Source: Escherichia phage saus132
Sequence record: NC_047884.1
Reading direction: 5' to 3' (one strand)
DNA length: 64,000 nucleotides
The notes below the pieces were generated by a model. The model had not been told where the DNA came from and searched no databases. It saw nothing but the letters and a program-made list of their open reading frames with translations. Below, one piece after another: positions 27,598 to 37,310 of this stretch. The first letter of the stretch is position 1. Each line of letters starts with the position of its first letter. Made by a program: the position numbers and the translations under genes.

Positions 27598-28040
27598 TTA
27601 AAATTAAACTAACTCATCCAGATTGCATGCCAAAGATTGGTTCTAATGATGCCGCAGGTATGGATCTGCGTGCATTCTTTGGTACTAACCTTGCAGCAGA
27701 TTTACGTGCTATTGCACCAGGCAAATCCCTTATGATTGACACCGGTGTCGCGGTGGAAATTCCGCGAGGTTGGTTTGGTCTGGTAGTTCCTCGCAGCTCT
27801 TTAGGTAAGCGTAAACTGATGATCGCAAACACCGCAGGAGTGATCGACTCAGACTACCGTGGTACTATTAAGATGAACCTTTATAACTATGGTTCTGAAA
27901 TGCAAACTCTGGAGAATTTCGAGAGACTTTGTCAGCTAGTAGTACTACCACACTACTCAACTCATCATTTTGAAATCGTTGACGAACTAGAGGAGACTGA
28001 TCGTGGAGAAGGCGGCTTTGGAAGCTCAGGAAGTAAGTAA
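27594..28040 (+). CDS. dut: dUTPase
   Basis: dUTPase motifs AAGMDLRA, VVPRSSLG, GVIDSDYRG, RGEGGFGSSG. Confidence 0.95.
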   Translation: MIKIKLTHPDCMPKIGSNDAAGMDLRAFFGTNLAADLRAIAPGKSLMIDTGVAVEIPRGWFGLVVPRSSLGKRKLMIANTAGVIDSDYRGTIKMNLYNYGSEMQTLENFERLCQLVVLPHYSTHHFEIVDELEETDRGEGGFGSSGSK

Positions 28041-28269
28041 TTTTGTTGGTCCTACTATGGTAGGAGTAGGCGTAGATCAATCTAACTTTTACAAGATTGA
28101 CGTTAAATACGTTGAACCTGAGAAAATAGTACTGAGAGTTGGTGCATCTGGTGTAGTAGAACAGTGGGATGAAGAAGGATTTATCGCACTTTGCACTGAA
28201 TCTCAAGATCCTATGCTTAAAGCCATGCTAGCAGTATATAACTTAGGTAGTATTGCAGGTAGTAGATAA
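28003..28269 (+). CDS. Hypothetical protein (doubtful)
   Basis: ORF overlapping dut 3' end; no motif. Confidence 0.3.
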   Translation: MEKAALEAQEVSNFVGPTMVGVGVDQSNFYKIDVKYVEPEKIVLRVGASGVVEQWDEEGFIALCTESQDPMLKAMLAVYNLGSIAGSR

Positions 28270-28272
28270 TAA

Positions 28273-28303
28273 GAAACCCCAGTGGACAATCCACTGGGGT
28301 TTC
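28273..28303. terminator. Bidirectional terminator at early/late boundary
   Basis: GAAACCCCAGTGG-acaa-TCCACTGGGGTTTC with T/A runs on both sides; convergent genes meet here. Confidence 0.6.
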
Positions 28304-28328
28304 TTTATATTACGTATATATATATATA

Positions 28329-29654
28329 TTATGAGTTATCTGGCGTAATGAGCTCGCTCACAAGTTTTTTCAGTTCGTCTAGCTCTTGTTCTAAAGTAGC
28401 AACTTTTAGTTTCAATTCGTCTGTTTCCTTCTGTTGCTTATCATTATCCTCAATTATTTCTTTAATTGCGTTGGTGAGTAACGCCGTCACACCTGCATAG
28501 TTAATTGAAAGATAATCCGTGTCTGCTACTTTGTAGACAGCTTCTGGTAAAACAGTTACAACGTCTTGAGCAATTAAACCAGCTTCTTCCGTGTAAAAAG
28601 AATGTTCGTTTTCCTCTAAGCTATTACGTTTGAAGTAGGTGTATCCCTGTAAGACTTTAACTTTATCTTTTGCGGATACTATTTCTTTTAACTGAGCTTT
28701 AAGGCGTATATCAGATGTGCTTTGCCATGCGACGGCCGTAGCTTGTCCCGCGCTATTGAAACCATAAGATGTATTTCCAACTAGAAGACGCTGGTAGGGG
28801 TTCCCATCCCCATAAATAACAACATCAGCGCCAGATGCAAAAGTATCACCCCATCTAACTGATTTCCAAATATTTACACCGCCGTCCCTAGACGGGATTT
28901 CCACTAACAGACCAGCCGCCCGATCTCGCCATTCACCATGACCGCCAGCTTGCACTTGACCCGCTATAAGCGCACTACCGGCCCCAGCACGAACACCGTA
29001 TACATACATACCACGAGAGTCATTAGGCGCTGAACTGGAGATAGCGCGTAGGGTGGAAAATCCATTCCCATTAAAAGTACAGAGATTAAGTGAATCGGTA
29101 TAAACATCTAAAACACCATCACTACGCTGTGCAAATCCAGTGTCACTATCACCAATAGCAATAGATCGAGCACCTAAACCCTGTGCGTCACCCGGAGTAC
29201 CAATTGACATACGATCGGTTACTGCTAATGTTGCTGTACGGGATTTGCCAGAAACACCCAAAGCGTTAATAGATAAAAGCCCTGAATTATTGAACGTACA
29301 ATATGATTCTATATTATTTGATAGATTCTTAGTGTGAATTACGGTTTGGGTTTCACCAGTGGCACCATTAATCGCATTATAAAAACGCGATTGGGAACGT
29401 GCCGAGCCTGACGTAGAATATAATGTACTATGATAGATCCCACCATTAGTAGATTCAATATCATAACGAGTAAGAGCATTAACACCGCTAAAGGTAACAG
29501 TTTGACCTTCGCCTAATCGAAGATTAGTACGAGCACCGTTTACATCTGTTGCACCTGTACCGCCAGCACCAATAGGAAGAGCTGATGTAGCGTTATCGCT
29601 ATTTCTAGCAACTCGCCAATCGCCATTATTAGCAATCCGGAGTTCATATGTGGC
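28329..29654 (-). CDS. ltf: L-shaped tail fibre, C-terminal part in frame with upstream ORF (no own start); ends in intramolecular-chaperone (S74) domain
   Basis: Frame open and in phase from the TAA at 29655-29657 down to 28329 (2928 nt overall, divisible by 3); no ATG/GTG before the track's TTG at 29261; C-terminal LKAQLKEIVSAKDKVKVLQGYTYFKRNS is S74 chaperone-like. Confidence 0.7.
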   Translation of the reverse strand, partial: ATYELRIANNGDWRVARNSDNATSALPIGAGGTGATDVNGARTNLRLGEGQTVTFSGVNALTRYDIESTNGGIYHSTLYSTSGSARSQSRFYNAINGATGETQTVIHTKNLSNNIESYCTFNNSGLLSINALGVSGKSRTATLAVTDRMSIGTPGDAQGLGARSIAIGDSDTGFAQRSDGVLDVYTDSLNLCTFNGNGFSTLRAISSSAPNDSRGMYVYGVRAGAGSALIAGQVQAGGHGEWRDRAAGLLVEIPSRDGGVNIWKSVRWGDTFASGADVVIYGDGNPYQRLLVGNTSYGFNSAGQATAVAWQSTSDIRLKAQLKEIVSAKDKVKVLQGYTYFKRNSLEENEHSFYTEEAGLIAQDVVTVLPEAVYKVADTDYLSINYAGVTALLTNAIKEIIEDNDKQQKETDELKLKVATLEQELDELKKLVSELITPDNS

Positions 29655-31256
29655 TTATGGGTTAGTAAATGCGTTATAATCACCTAAAGTAGTTCCAGTT
29701 GTTTGTCTAACAGAATCAACGCCGAGATTCCCTCGAGCTGAAACTTTATCTGTAAGGTCCGCGAGGTTCTGGTCCTTTTTCAAAGACGCTTGCATAACCT
29801 GTGCTGCAGATGCAGCCGCTGTCTCCGCTCTATCTGCTGCACTGGTGGCGTTAGTAGCTTTCTCACTTGCCGTTGTAGCGCTACCAGCGGCCTCTGTAGC
29901 CTTTTGCGTAGCTGTGGTAGCCTTTTGTGTAGCTAAAGCCGCAGCATCTTCTGCTGCTTCTCTCAGCGGTGTCATTGCGTTCAGTGATTCAGTTTTAGCA
30001 GTATTAATAGCGTTAACACCAGCGACCTTGGCTGTGTTAACACCACCAATCGCGCTAGATTTAGCACTTCCTATTGCCGTTAACGCTGCGTCTTTTGACT
30101 GGGTAATGCTGGTTGTTGCATCCGTTTTAGCGGTATTAATTTCTCCAACAGCACCGTCTTTAATAGTTTGCGTGTCGCTCTTTAACTGCTCAACGTCGGA
30201 CTTAAGATTCTGTACTGTGATCACAGCTTGCATAGCAGTACTCGCGCTACCTGATGCAGCTTGTTGAGCTAACTTAGCAGCGTCTTCACTAGCTTTTGAG
30301 TTAATTTCGCTAGTCTTTGCATTAGTTTCTGAATTTTTTGCTGCTAATGCTGATGTAGAGGCTTGTGTAGCGAATGTTTCTGCTTCATCTCTGAATCCTT
30401 TGGATTCAGAGGCAGAGGCAGCGGATAGGGCAGCATTAGTCTCACTATTTTTTGCTGCTGCTGCATATGCTGCTGCATTAGTCTCACTAGTTTTTGCCTT
30501 AGTCTCACTAGTTTTTGCATTAGTCTCACTAGTTTTTGCATTAGTCTCACTAGTTTTTGCCTTAGTCTCACTAGTTTTTGCATTAGTCTCACTAGTTTTT
30601 GCTGCTATTTGTGATGTAGCAGCAGCATTTTTACTTGCTAATGCATTAGTTTCGCTAGTAGCAGCATTCATAGCCGAAGTAGCTGCCGCTAATTCGGAAG
30701 CTTTAGCGTTAGTCTCTGAAACTTCAGCGTTAGTCTCAGAAGTTTTTGCTGCTGTTTGTGAAGCTGCTGCCGCATTTTTACTTGCTAATGCATTAGTTTC
30801 AGAAGTCTTGGCATTAGTCTCAGAAGTTTTTGCGTTAGTTTCAGAAGTTTTTGCTGCGTTTTTGCTTGCTAAAGCTGCTATTTCAGAAGCCTTAGCACTA
30901 GTTTCAGAAGTCTTGGCATTAGTTTCTGAAGTTTTAGCATTTGTAGCAGAAGTTGCTGCGGCTGTTTGAGAGGCGGCAGCTGCATTTTTACTAGTTAATG
31001 CATTAGTCTCGGAAGTCTTAGCGTTTGTCTCAGAAGTTTTTGCATTGATTTCTGATGTTTTTGCAGCATTCTCAGAATCTTTTGCTGCCGCAGCAGAAGC
31101 AGCAGAGGCCTCAACAGCCGCTGTTAGTTGACCAGCAGTAATAGAACTAATAGAATTACCTAAAACTACTGTATATTTAGGATACTTACTAGCAGTAGTT
31201 GTAGTGTCATCTATGTTCAGAGTCTGCTGTACAATAATTTTAGTTTTAAGTGCCAT
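29655..31256 (-). CDS. ltf: L-shaped tail fibre (pb1-like), N-terminal 533 codons ending at an in-frame TAA
   Basis: N-terminus [17 protein letters not shown]...; about 30 heptads of AKTSETN type; fibre motif NLADLTDKVSARGNLG. Confidence 0.8.
   Translation of the reverse strand: MALKTKIIVQQTLNIDDTTTTASKYPKYTVVLGNSISSITAGQLTAAVEASAASAAAAKDSENAAKTSEINAKTSETNAKTSETNALTSKNAAAASQTAAATSATNAKTSETNAKTSETSAKASEIAALASKNAAKTSETNAKTSETNAKTSETNALASKNAAAASQTAAKTSETNAEVSETNAKASELAAATSAMNAATSETNALASKNAAATSQIAAKTSETNAKTSETKAKTSETNAKTSETNAKTSETKAKTSETNAAAYAAAAKNSETNAALSAASASESKGFRDEAETFATQASTSALAAKNSETNAKTSEINSKASEDAAKLAQQAASGSASTAMQAVITVQNLKSDVEQLKSDTQTIKDGAVGEINTAKTDATTSITQSKDAALTAIGSAKSSAIGGVNTAKVAGVNAINTAKTESLNAMTPLREAAEDAAALATQKATTATQKATEAAGSATTASEKATNATSAADRAETAAASAAQVMQASLKKDQNLADLTDKVSARGNLGVDSVRQTTGTTLGDYNAFTNP
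30300..31080. repeat. Tandem 21-bp repeats inside the tail fibre gene
   Basis: Perfect copies of ATTAGTCTCACTAGTTTTTGC around 30476-30603 with degenerate copies on both sides. Confidence 0.85.
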
Positions 31257-31678
31257 TATTTAGTTACTCCATCGCTGATGTATACTTTACCTTCCATAAT
31301 ACGGAAAGAATTGACTTCAGAGCCAATCACATCACGAGTCATTAGGATATCATAATAACCAGCAAAACGTTGTCTTGGGTTATACTTATCACGTTCTTTA
31401 GATGCTTTTTCACCAATATTAGTAGTGTCTACAATGGAAAGACTAATTGCAGCAGCACCTTGAGCAGCATCAATAACATGAGTTTTAAAGTTAGCTAGAA
31501 CCTCGGCGTTCTCATCTAGACTAGATTTAATAGTTCCTCGGAGTGAATATCCGGTTAAGTTAATAGGAACTTCTGTTGGTGGATATACACTGTCGTCAAC
31601 ATCCATAAACTGCATGATAAGACCATAAGGCACTTTCTCATCAACAATAATATCAATAACTCGGTTTTCTGTACTCAT
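31256..31678 (-). CDS. Tail-tip collar protein (T5 p132-like)
   Basis: 140 aa, position between baseplate genes and fibre; stop overlaps fibre start (TAATG). Confidence 0.55.
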   Translation of the reverse strand: MSTENRVIDIIVDEKVPYGLIMQFMDVDDSVYPPTEVPINLTGYSLRGTIKSSLDENAEVLANFKTHVIDAAQGAAAISLSIVDTTNIGEKASKERDKYNPRQRFAGYYDILMTRDVIGSEVNSFRIMEGKVYISDGVTK

Positions 31679-31683
31679 TATAA

Positions 31684-33741
31684 TTACCTTATATGGATAT
31701 ACCCACTATTTAGGTCTATCTTCATCTTGTAGTATGCTTCAGGGTTTCCTGATAACGCAGCATTTCTATCGTATATTATATTAACACCTATTTGTGATAA
31801 GAAGGCATTTCCTGCCACAATCTTATCAGCAGTTACAGTTCCATTAACAATCATGTTGCCATGAAGAACCATTGCAGGGTTAATCCATCCACCCCCGTTC
31901 CATTGGCGGGTAAATGCTGTTTGTGGAGCATTACTGTTAAATTGTGTTAAGACATCGTATTTAACTGGAGGTTTTCCAAAGTTATTTTGGAAGAATGCAT
32001 TAGCCTGTCCATCATCCCAACCACCTAATCCAGGAATACCCATGGAGTACATCCCAGGACCACGCTGTCCATCACGCCCTATAGTACCTTCAGTACCACT
32101 CCACTGAACCACATCAGACCAGCTAGTACCTTCAAGAAGTTTGTTAGTAACTGGATCAAGTGTACCAGTAGTAGTATAGATATTTTGTGTCATATCTGTA
32201 CGATTAGGTGGAGTTTTTGACCAACCAGGAGGTGGATAATCTTGTTCTAGCGGTTTGGTGGGTAGAGATGTTGCTAACTTATAAACAAATACTGTTTGTT
32301 TACCCTGTAATCCAGTACCAATATCTACGTCACCATTTGGTGTTCCAATTACTACACCACTAGAAATACGTAGGGTAGTACCATCATAACGTATCCATTG
32401 TGTAGCATTACCAATATCTAATTTAGCTTTGGCAGAGGTATTATCCATGCCCATCCAAATACCAGAGTTATTATCTCCCCAAGATTTACCTTGAGTGTAA
32501 ATTGCTGGATTATCTTTACCAGACAAGTTAGTCATAATAAAGTTTGCAGCATTAATATCTCTAGTGATTACTTTACCATCAACGTTAACAACACGGTTTA
32601 TAGGGTCGAAAGAAATAGGTGCTTTACCTTCTCTATCTAGCAGACCAATGTTAATAGCACCAGTAGCTGCATCAATTAGGAATGTTTGTCTCCATATTTC
32701 CCCATCTTTCATACTACCCTTAATAAAGGCATAGTTAACATCAATACCCGTCTCATTGACAAAACTATTATCTAGAGGAGTATCTTCATTCAGAATAAAT
32801 GTTACAGGAGCTGATTCTGTTATATCTTGTTTGTTTGGTCCCCAGGCAATTGATGAAACCTTAAAGGTATGTTCAACTTTCCATGGGAATGATATAATCG
32901 TTGCAGCTCTAGCAGCACCCACGTTTATCTTTTGAGCTTTAGCCCATCCGGTTTTAGCGTATTCCTCGGAGTTTATATAAGTAACCAAGAACTCACGAAC
33001 ATTAGCACCAGCACCGCGTTCCCAATCCCACTCAATTCTAACATCATATCGTTCTTTACCATCAGCAATTCGTGCAGCTTTAAAAACAATATCGATAGGT
33101 GCAGTAGGAGGAACAAAATTATAAGCTACAGTTAGAATACTAGGGGACTCATAGTAACCAGAAGAATCAACTGTAACACCATCAGGCATAGTTACTTGAC
33201 CAGATATTCTGATCTTATAATCTCCGATAGGAACTCCACCAAATTTAATAGTAGAACCTAAAGCCCCAATGTAATACTTAGTCCAAGGACTATCTTCCGT
33301 GGCTGTACTTTTTAACTCAATAGTACAGTAACTTGCTTCACCAGTAGTTTCCACAACAACTATCGGTGCGCCCACCCCAACATCCACTGGTTCTGACTCA
33401 GACCTTGCTGTAACAATTATTGGCTTCTCTTTTGTTTTAAAGTTAGTTTCATTAGAGAGGTTAATACCAATTTTTGCATTTAAAAGTTCTGAGTCAATAA
33501 TTGAGTCATAAAAAGCTCCCTGAACCTGATAGGTAGTTGAGGGAGTTAAATTATTGATCATAACAAAGAAAGTGTCGATCCCAGTGAAATCTCTTCTATC
33601 CACTTCTTCGCCAAGTTTAAGCCAGAATGATCTACCGATAACATCGTAGTCGGTATAGATAGAATGCTGGATATACGCCATCGTATACCCAGTCATAATA
33701 CTATTTAAGACCATCTTGGCTGGTGCATTATTAGAAATCAT
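31684..33741 (-). CDS. Baseplate/central fibre protein (T5 pb4-like)
   Basis: 685 aa; synteny downstream of hub protein; size close to remembered T5 pb4. Confidence 0.6.
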   Translation of the reverse strand: MISNNAPAKMVLNSIMTGYTMAYIQHSIYTDYDVIGRSFWLKLGEEVDRRDFTGIDTFFVMINNLTPSTTYQVQGAFYDSIIDSELLNAKIGINLSNETNFKTKEKPIIVTARSESEPVDVGVGAPIVVVETTGEASYCTIELKSTATEDSPWTKYYIGALGSTIKFGGVPIGDYKIRISGQVTMPDGVTVDSSGYYESPSILTVAYNFVPPTAPIDIVFKAARIADGKERYDVRIEWDWERGAGANVREFLVTYINSEEYAKTGWAKAQKINVGAARAATIISFPWKVEHTFKVSSIAWGPNKQDITESAPVTFILNEDTPLDNSFVNETGIDVNYAFIKGSMKDGEIWRQTFLIDAATGAINIGLLDREGKAPISFDPINRVVNVDGKVITRDINAANFIMTNLSGKDNPAIYTQGKSWGDNNSGIWMGMDNTSAKAKLDIGNATQWIRYDGTTLRISSGVVIGTPNGDVDIGTGLQGKQTVFVYKLATSLPTKPLEQDYPPPGWSKTPPNRTDMTQNIYTTTGTLDPVTNKLLEGTSWSDVVQWSGTEGTIGRDGQRGPGMYSMGIPGLGGWDDGQANAFFQNNFGKPPVKYDVLTQFNSNAPQTAFTRQWNGGGWINPAMVLHGNMIVNGTVTADKIVAGNAFLSQIGVNIIYDRNAALSGNPEAYYKMKIDLNSGYIHIR

Positions 33742-36591
33742 TTAAATAGATGCCCAATCCACAGATTGCTCGCCATTATCACCTTCTGCTCTTATACGGA
33801 AGCGTAACTTCCTATTAATACCTAGAGCATCCTCGTTATGAAGAGCATAGTCTGCCTTATTGTATATCAGTAGATAATCGTAGACATACTGATCTTCAAT
33901 TCGTACACTTCTTAATAAACGATCTAGGTTATCGTAGATTTCGAGAGTGTAGAAGATTCCATCAATGATATCTTCTTCTGGAATTCTATCCCAGGCCAAC
34001 TTAACGTCTGGTCCTACAAACTCCGATGCATCTCCTGAAGCTGTATTAGTAACCCTGAAATTACTAACGACGCTTAAGTTTTTAGCAGAGTTAAGTTCTA
34101 CCGATAGTGTTACAGGAGAACTTCGTCTACCATTAATATCTACAGCTCTAATCTCAAAGACTGCTAAACCAGCAGGTTCTCCAATAATTTCTTGGATCAT
34201 TCGTAGATTTGGATTAGTTTCTAGTTGCTGTACGATATAAGGATCAGCATGTCCAGAATGAACGATGGAGTAATAAACAACGTTATTAGTTAAGCTAGGA
34301 AGCCAAGATAGCTCACCATTCTTACCAATAGATCCTACTTGTCCACCCGGTGTTGGTGTGTACATAAAGTCTCTAGGGGGCAGTACGTTATTACTAACAT
34401 CAGGGATATCGTTACCACTATTATCAACCTGCTCGGAGTTAATGAATACATCCTCACCATACTCTTGCAGTGTAATATTAATCTTACCTTCTCTAGAGTT
34501 TTCAACTTCATCAACTAGGAAGTATTTCTTATCCCAACCATAACGACCATATGTAAAAGCAACCGGATCGTTAGGCTCAATACCTATGAAATGATATGGT
34601 AATGAGAATGTGAGAGTTCGTGAGTAACGAGATTTTTTCAGTTCTCTATCTGCAAAGCTACGTGCAGTATAATAGTTAGTGATGTTTGCAAAAGAAAGCT
34701 GAAGTTTTTTATCTAATCCTTTATCTTGTTCTTTAAATACAGAATTAAAGAATGTGATAGAGTTAGTTTTCCAACTTAATGCAGGATCTAATATAGAGGC
34801 TTGTACTGAGTTGAATTTATTTCTGCCAGTAGTATCTGACAATTCCAGATCACCATAGGTATCTAAGAAGTCAATCTCCAGTGGAGTATTCGAGAACTTC
34901 TCAACAGTTATTCTATACTGACCAGATAAGTTGTTGATAGCACCCCCATAAGACTCTATTAATCCCTGCACGTTTTTAAATACTGACTCAGAGGTATCGA
35001 GAATAGTGTTCATTTGAACTATTTGTCTATTCTCTCCTACAGCATCAGTCCATCCAACGTATCTCCAGTAGGGTTGCCAAGAAACCTGATAGGATTCATC
35101 AATTATATCCAGAATAGCTGCTTCTTGAATAAGTTGCTGGAGAGGGAACTGATCAATAGTGATATTAGCACCATAGCGATCAGAGGTTAGGTAGTCCAGA
35201 GTTTGCCAGATACCATTTAAGCTAGTCTTATCAGCAGTTACTCTACCATCTGAATGATAGATCTTAATCTTCTTACCTTGAACTTCAGCGCTAACTTCTG
35301 GAATTTCTGTTCTGTTTTCATTAATAGTAAAGCGAACAATAGCGTAAGCAGTATCTAACAGTTTATAACGAGAGTCCCAGTATTCTGGTCCATTCTCATT
35401 CATGTTCTGTAGGTAGAAACCTTTCTCTTTTGCAATGTTAACTAGAACATCCGCAGCAGATTGGTCTGCTTTACCATGATAAGTCCAGATACGTATATCG
35501 CCATTACCATCGTTATACCTATATTCCTGTCCATGAACAGAGGGTTCAGAGCTTGATTGACCAGAAGCAATACGTTGCATGGTATCTCCAGCTACTTTCT
35601 TAGTACCAAAGCAAGTACGAGACTTACTATCGTTAGGATCAATACAGATCATTGGTACATCACCAAAGTAGAAATCTAGAAATCCATCAATCTCACCCTC
35701 ACAGAAGGCGTATACTATATATACGATATTAGGGTTATGCAGCTCAGTATCCGCAAATACGGGGATTCCAGGGATTTTCTGAGTTCCATACACTACTGGA
35801 AGGAACTTAGCCGCTAAGTTAAAATCGATGTCAACTTCCTTAGTCACAGTCTCATAGTATTTCTTTAGGCTATAGCTTCTAGAAAGACCAAATAACTTTT
35901 TCTTAGACTGTAACTTGTAACGCTCTTCCTGAACCTGATATTTAGCAAGAATAGAAATACTCTTGTTAGCGTGGAAGAATCCATAGTCCTCTTGATATTC
36001 AGGTCGCTTAGCACCATTAGATGGAACTAATTGGCCAGCAACAATCTCAAGTCCCCTATGGTCAGCATCGTCTGTGAAACGTCCGTTTACTCTATCAAAG
36101 TCGTAAAACTGGTTCGAACAGTTCCATGTGATAGTGGATGTGCTAATTCCAGAAGTACCAATGTTATCCTTAATACCACCACCAGTGATTTTACCACGGA
36201 AGTAAAGTAAAGGACCATTAGTGTCTGGATCTACAGGAAGAATGTTACCTTCTTCATCAATAACCGCTTGATGGATTGAGATGGATCTATCTAGGAATGA
36301 TACACCATTTTGGACTAGTTTTAATACTTCATCCTCAGCAGTACCTGTGATAGTAAAAGAAAGACTACCAATGGAAAGATCTCTATTTTGTTTATGTGTT
36401 GTTATAGACTTAACCTTACCGGATGTATAAAGAATCCCATTATATCTTACATCTCTAAAATAATCTGTAAGATATATGTAGGCAGAACTTGATCCAGTAG
36501 AGCTTGGCAATTCAAGAGTAATAAGGCATGCAGTTTTTATTTTATTATTAGTTCTTAAATACTCTCTTGCACTGTCAAGAATTTTCTTCAT
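33742..36591 (-). CDS. Baseplate hub protein (T5 pb3-like)
   Basis: 949 aa, matching remembered pb3 size; lies between distal tail protein and pb4-like gene. Confidence 0.7.
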   Translation of the reverse strand: MKKILDSAREYLRTNNKIKTACLITLELPSSTGSSSAYIYLTDYFRDVRYNGILYTSGKVKSITTHKQNRDLSIGSLSFTITGTAEDEVLKLVQNGVSFLDRSISIHQAVIDEEGNILPVDPDTNGPLLYFRGKITGGGIKDNIGTSGISTSTITWNCSNQFYDFDRVNGRFTDDADHRGLEIVAGQLVPSNGAKRPEYQEDYGFFHANKSISILAKYQVQEERYKLQSKKKLFGLSRSYSLKKYYETVTKEVDIDFNLAAKFLPVVYGTQKIPGIPVFADTELHNPNIVYIVYAFCEGEIDGFLDFYFGDVPMICIDPNDSKSRTCFGTKKVAGDTMQRIASGQSSSEPSVHGQEYRYNDGNGDIRIWTYHGKADQSAADVLVNIAKEKGFYLQNMNENGPEYWDSRYKLLDTAYAIVRFTINENRTEIPEVSAEVQGKKIKIYHSDGRVTADKTSLNGIWQTLDYLTSDRYGANITIDQFPLQQLIQEAAILDIIDESYQVSWQPYWRYVGWTDAVGENRQIVQMNTILDTSESVFKNVQGLIESYGGAINNLSGQYRITVEKFSNTPLEIDFLDTYGDLELSDTTGRNKFNSVQASILDPALSWKTNSITFFNSVFKEQDKGLDKKLQLSFANITNYYTARSFADRELKKSRYSRTLTFSLPYHFIGIEPNDPVAFTYGRYGWDKKYFLVDEVENSREGKINITLQEYGEDVFINSEQVDNSGNDIPDVSNNVLPPRDFMYTPTPGGQVGSIGKNGELSWLPSLTNNVVYYSIVHSGHADPYIVQQLETNPNLRMIQEIIGEPAGLAVFEIRAVDINGRRSSPVTLSVELNSAKNLSVVSNFRVTNTASGDASEFVGPDVKLAWDRIPEEDIIDGIFYTLEIYDNLDRLLRSVRIEDQYVYDYLLIYNKADYALHNEDALGINRKLRFRIRAEGDNGEQSVDWASI

Positions 36592-37202
36592 AGACTTTCC
36601 CTCAAGGAAAGTGAAATACCAGTATATGTACCATTGCTATTTAACGTAGAGCCGAAGCTATCTCCATTCATTAATTTAGTTCTAAATAGAATACCATTAA
36701 ATACCGGTTTCTCACTACCCGTAGTAGTAATGAATAGATCAGGATAAACACTTATATTCCAAGTATTTCCTGCTGTGTTGATAGAAGTGATTTTATACAC
36801 TTTTGGATGATTGGACAACTTAAATAAATCGCCTGGTTTAGGCAGTCCACGAAGTGTACCTTTAGTGTACATAATAACTGTTGAACCTTTTTGTCCAGCA
36901 GGAATATTTACAGCACTAGTATCACCACGAACTCGGAAAGCCTCATATTGTGGTAATAACACATCAATATAGCTACCTGTTCTTTTATAATCTAGGATGA
37001 ATGAGTCTAATTTAGCAAATTCATCTGGGAATAATTCTGGATAAGAGATATTAATACCCCAATATTGAGCAGACACCTTAACCTCCCTAACTTTACCATT
37101 GGGTAATTCATCACGAATCATAGGGTCATTGTCTACTAAGTTAACGCTTTCAAAACCTAACCCTGATAGCTCTGGGTTCGTGTATGGGTCTGGTAGTCTC
37201 AT
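36588..37202 (-). CDS. Distal tail protein (T5 pb9-like)
   Basis: 204 aa, immediately downstream of tape measure gene. Confidence 0.7.
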   Translation of the reverse strand: MRLPDPYTNPELSGLGFESVNLVDNDPMIRDELPNGKVREVKVSAQYWGINISYPELFPDEFAKLDSFILDYKRTGSYIDVLLPQYEAFRVRGDTSAVNIPAGQKGSTVIMYTKGTLRGLPKPGDLFKLSNHPKVYKITSINTAGNTWNISVYPDLFITTTGSEKPVFNGILFRTKLMNGDSFGSTLNSNGTYTGISLSLRESL

Positions 37203-37227
37203 AGTTAATTTCTCCTCTTAATAACAA

Positions 37228-37256
37228 TATTATAATAGGATTGGAAAATTTTATCA
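37228..37256 (-). promoter_or_regulatory. Sigma70-like promoter upstream of distal tail protein gene
   Basis: Minus strand TTGATA, 17 bp spacer, TATAAT, then RBS AAGAGGAG. Confidence 0.4.
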
Positions 37257-37284
37257 AGAAATTTTTATTTTTCCATAAAGAAAA

Positions 37285-37305
37285 GGAGGACATAAAGTCC
37301 TCCTC
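37285..37305 (-). terminator. Terminator-like hairpin after tape measure gene
   Basis: Minus strand GGAGGAC-tttat-GTCCTCC followed by TTTTCTTT. Confidence 0.5.
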
Positions 37306-37310
37306 CAGTA

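Noticed and set aside
30400-30969. Plus-strand ORF of 189 aa with repeating ALVSLVF
   Set aside because: It is antisense to the tail fibre heptad repeats; the periodicity is an artefact of the 21-bp repeat, with no RBS or gene context.
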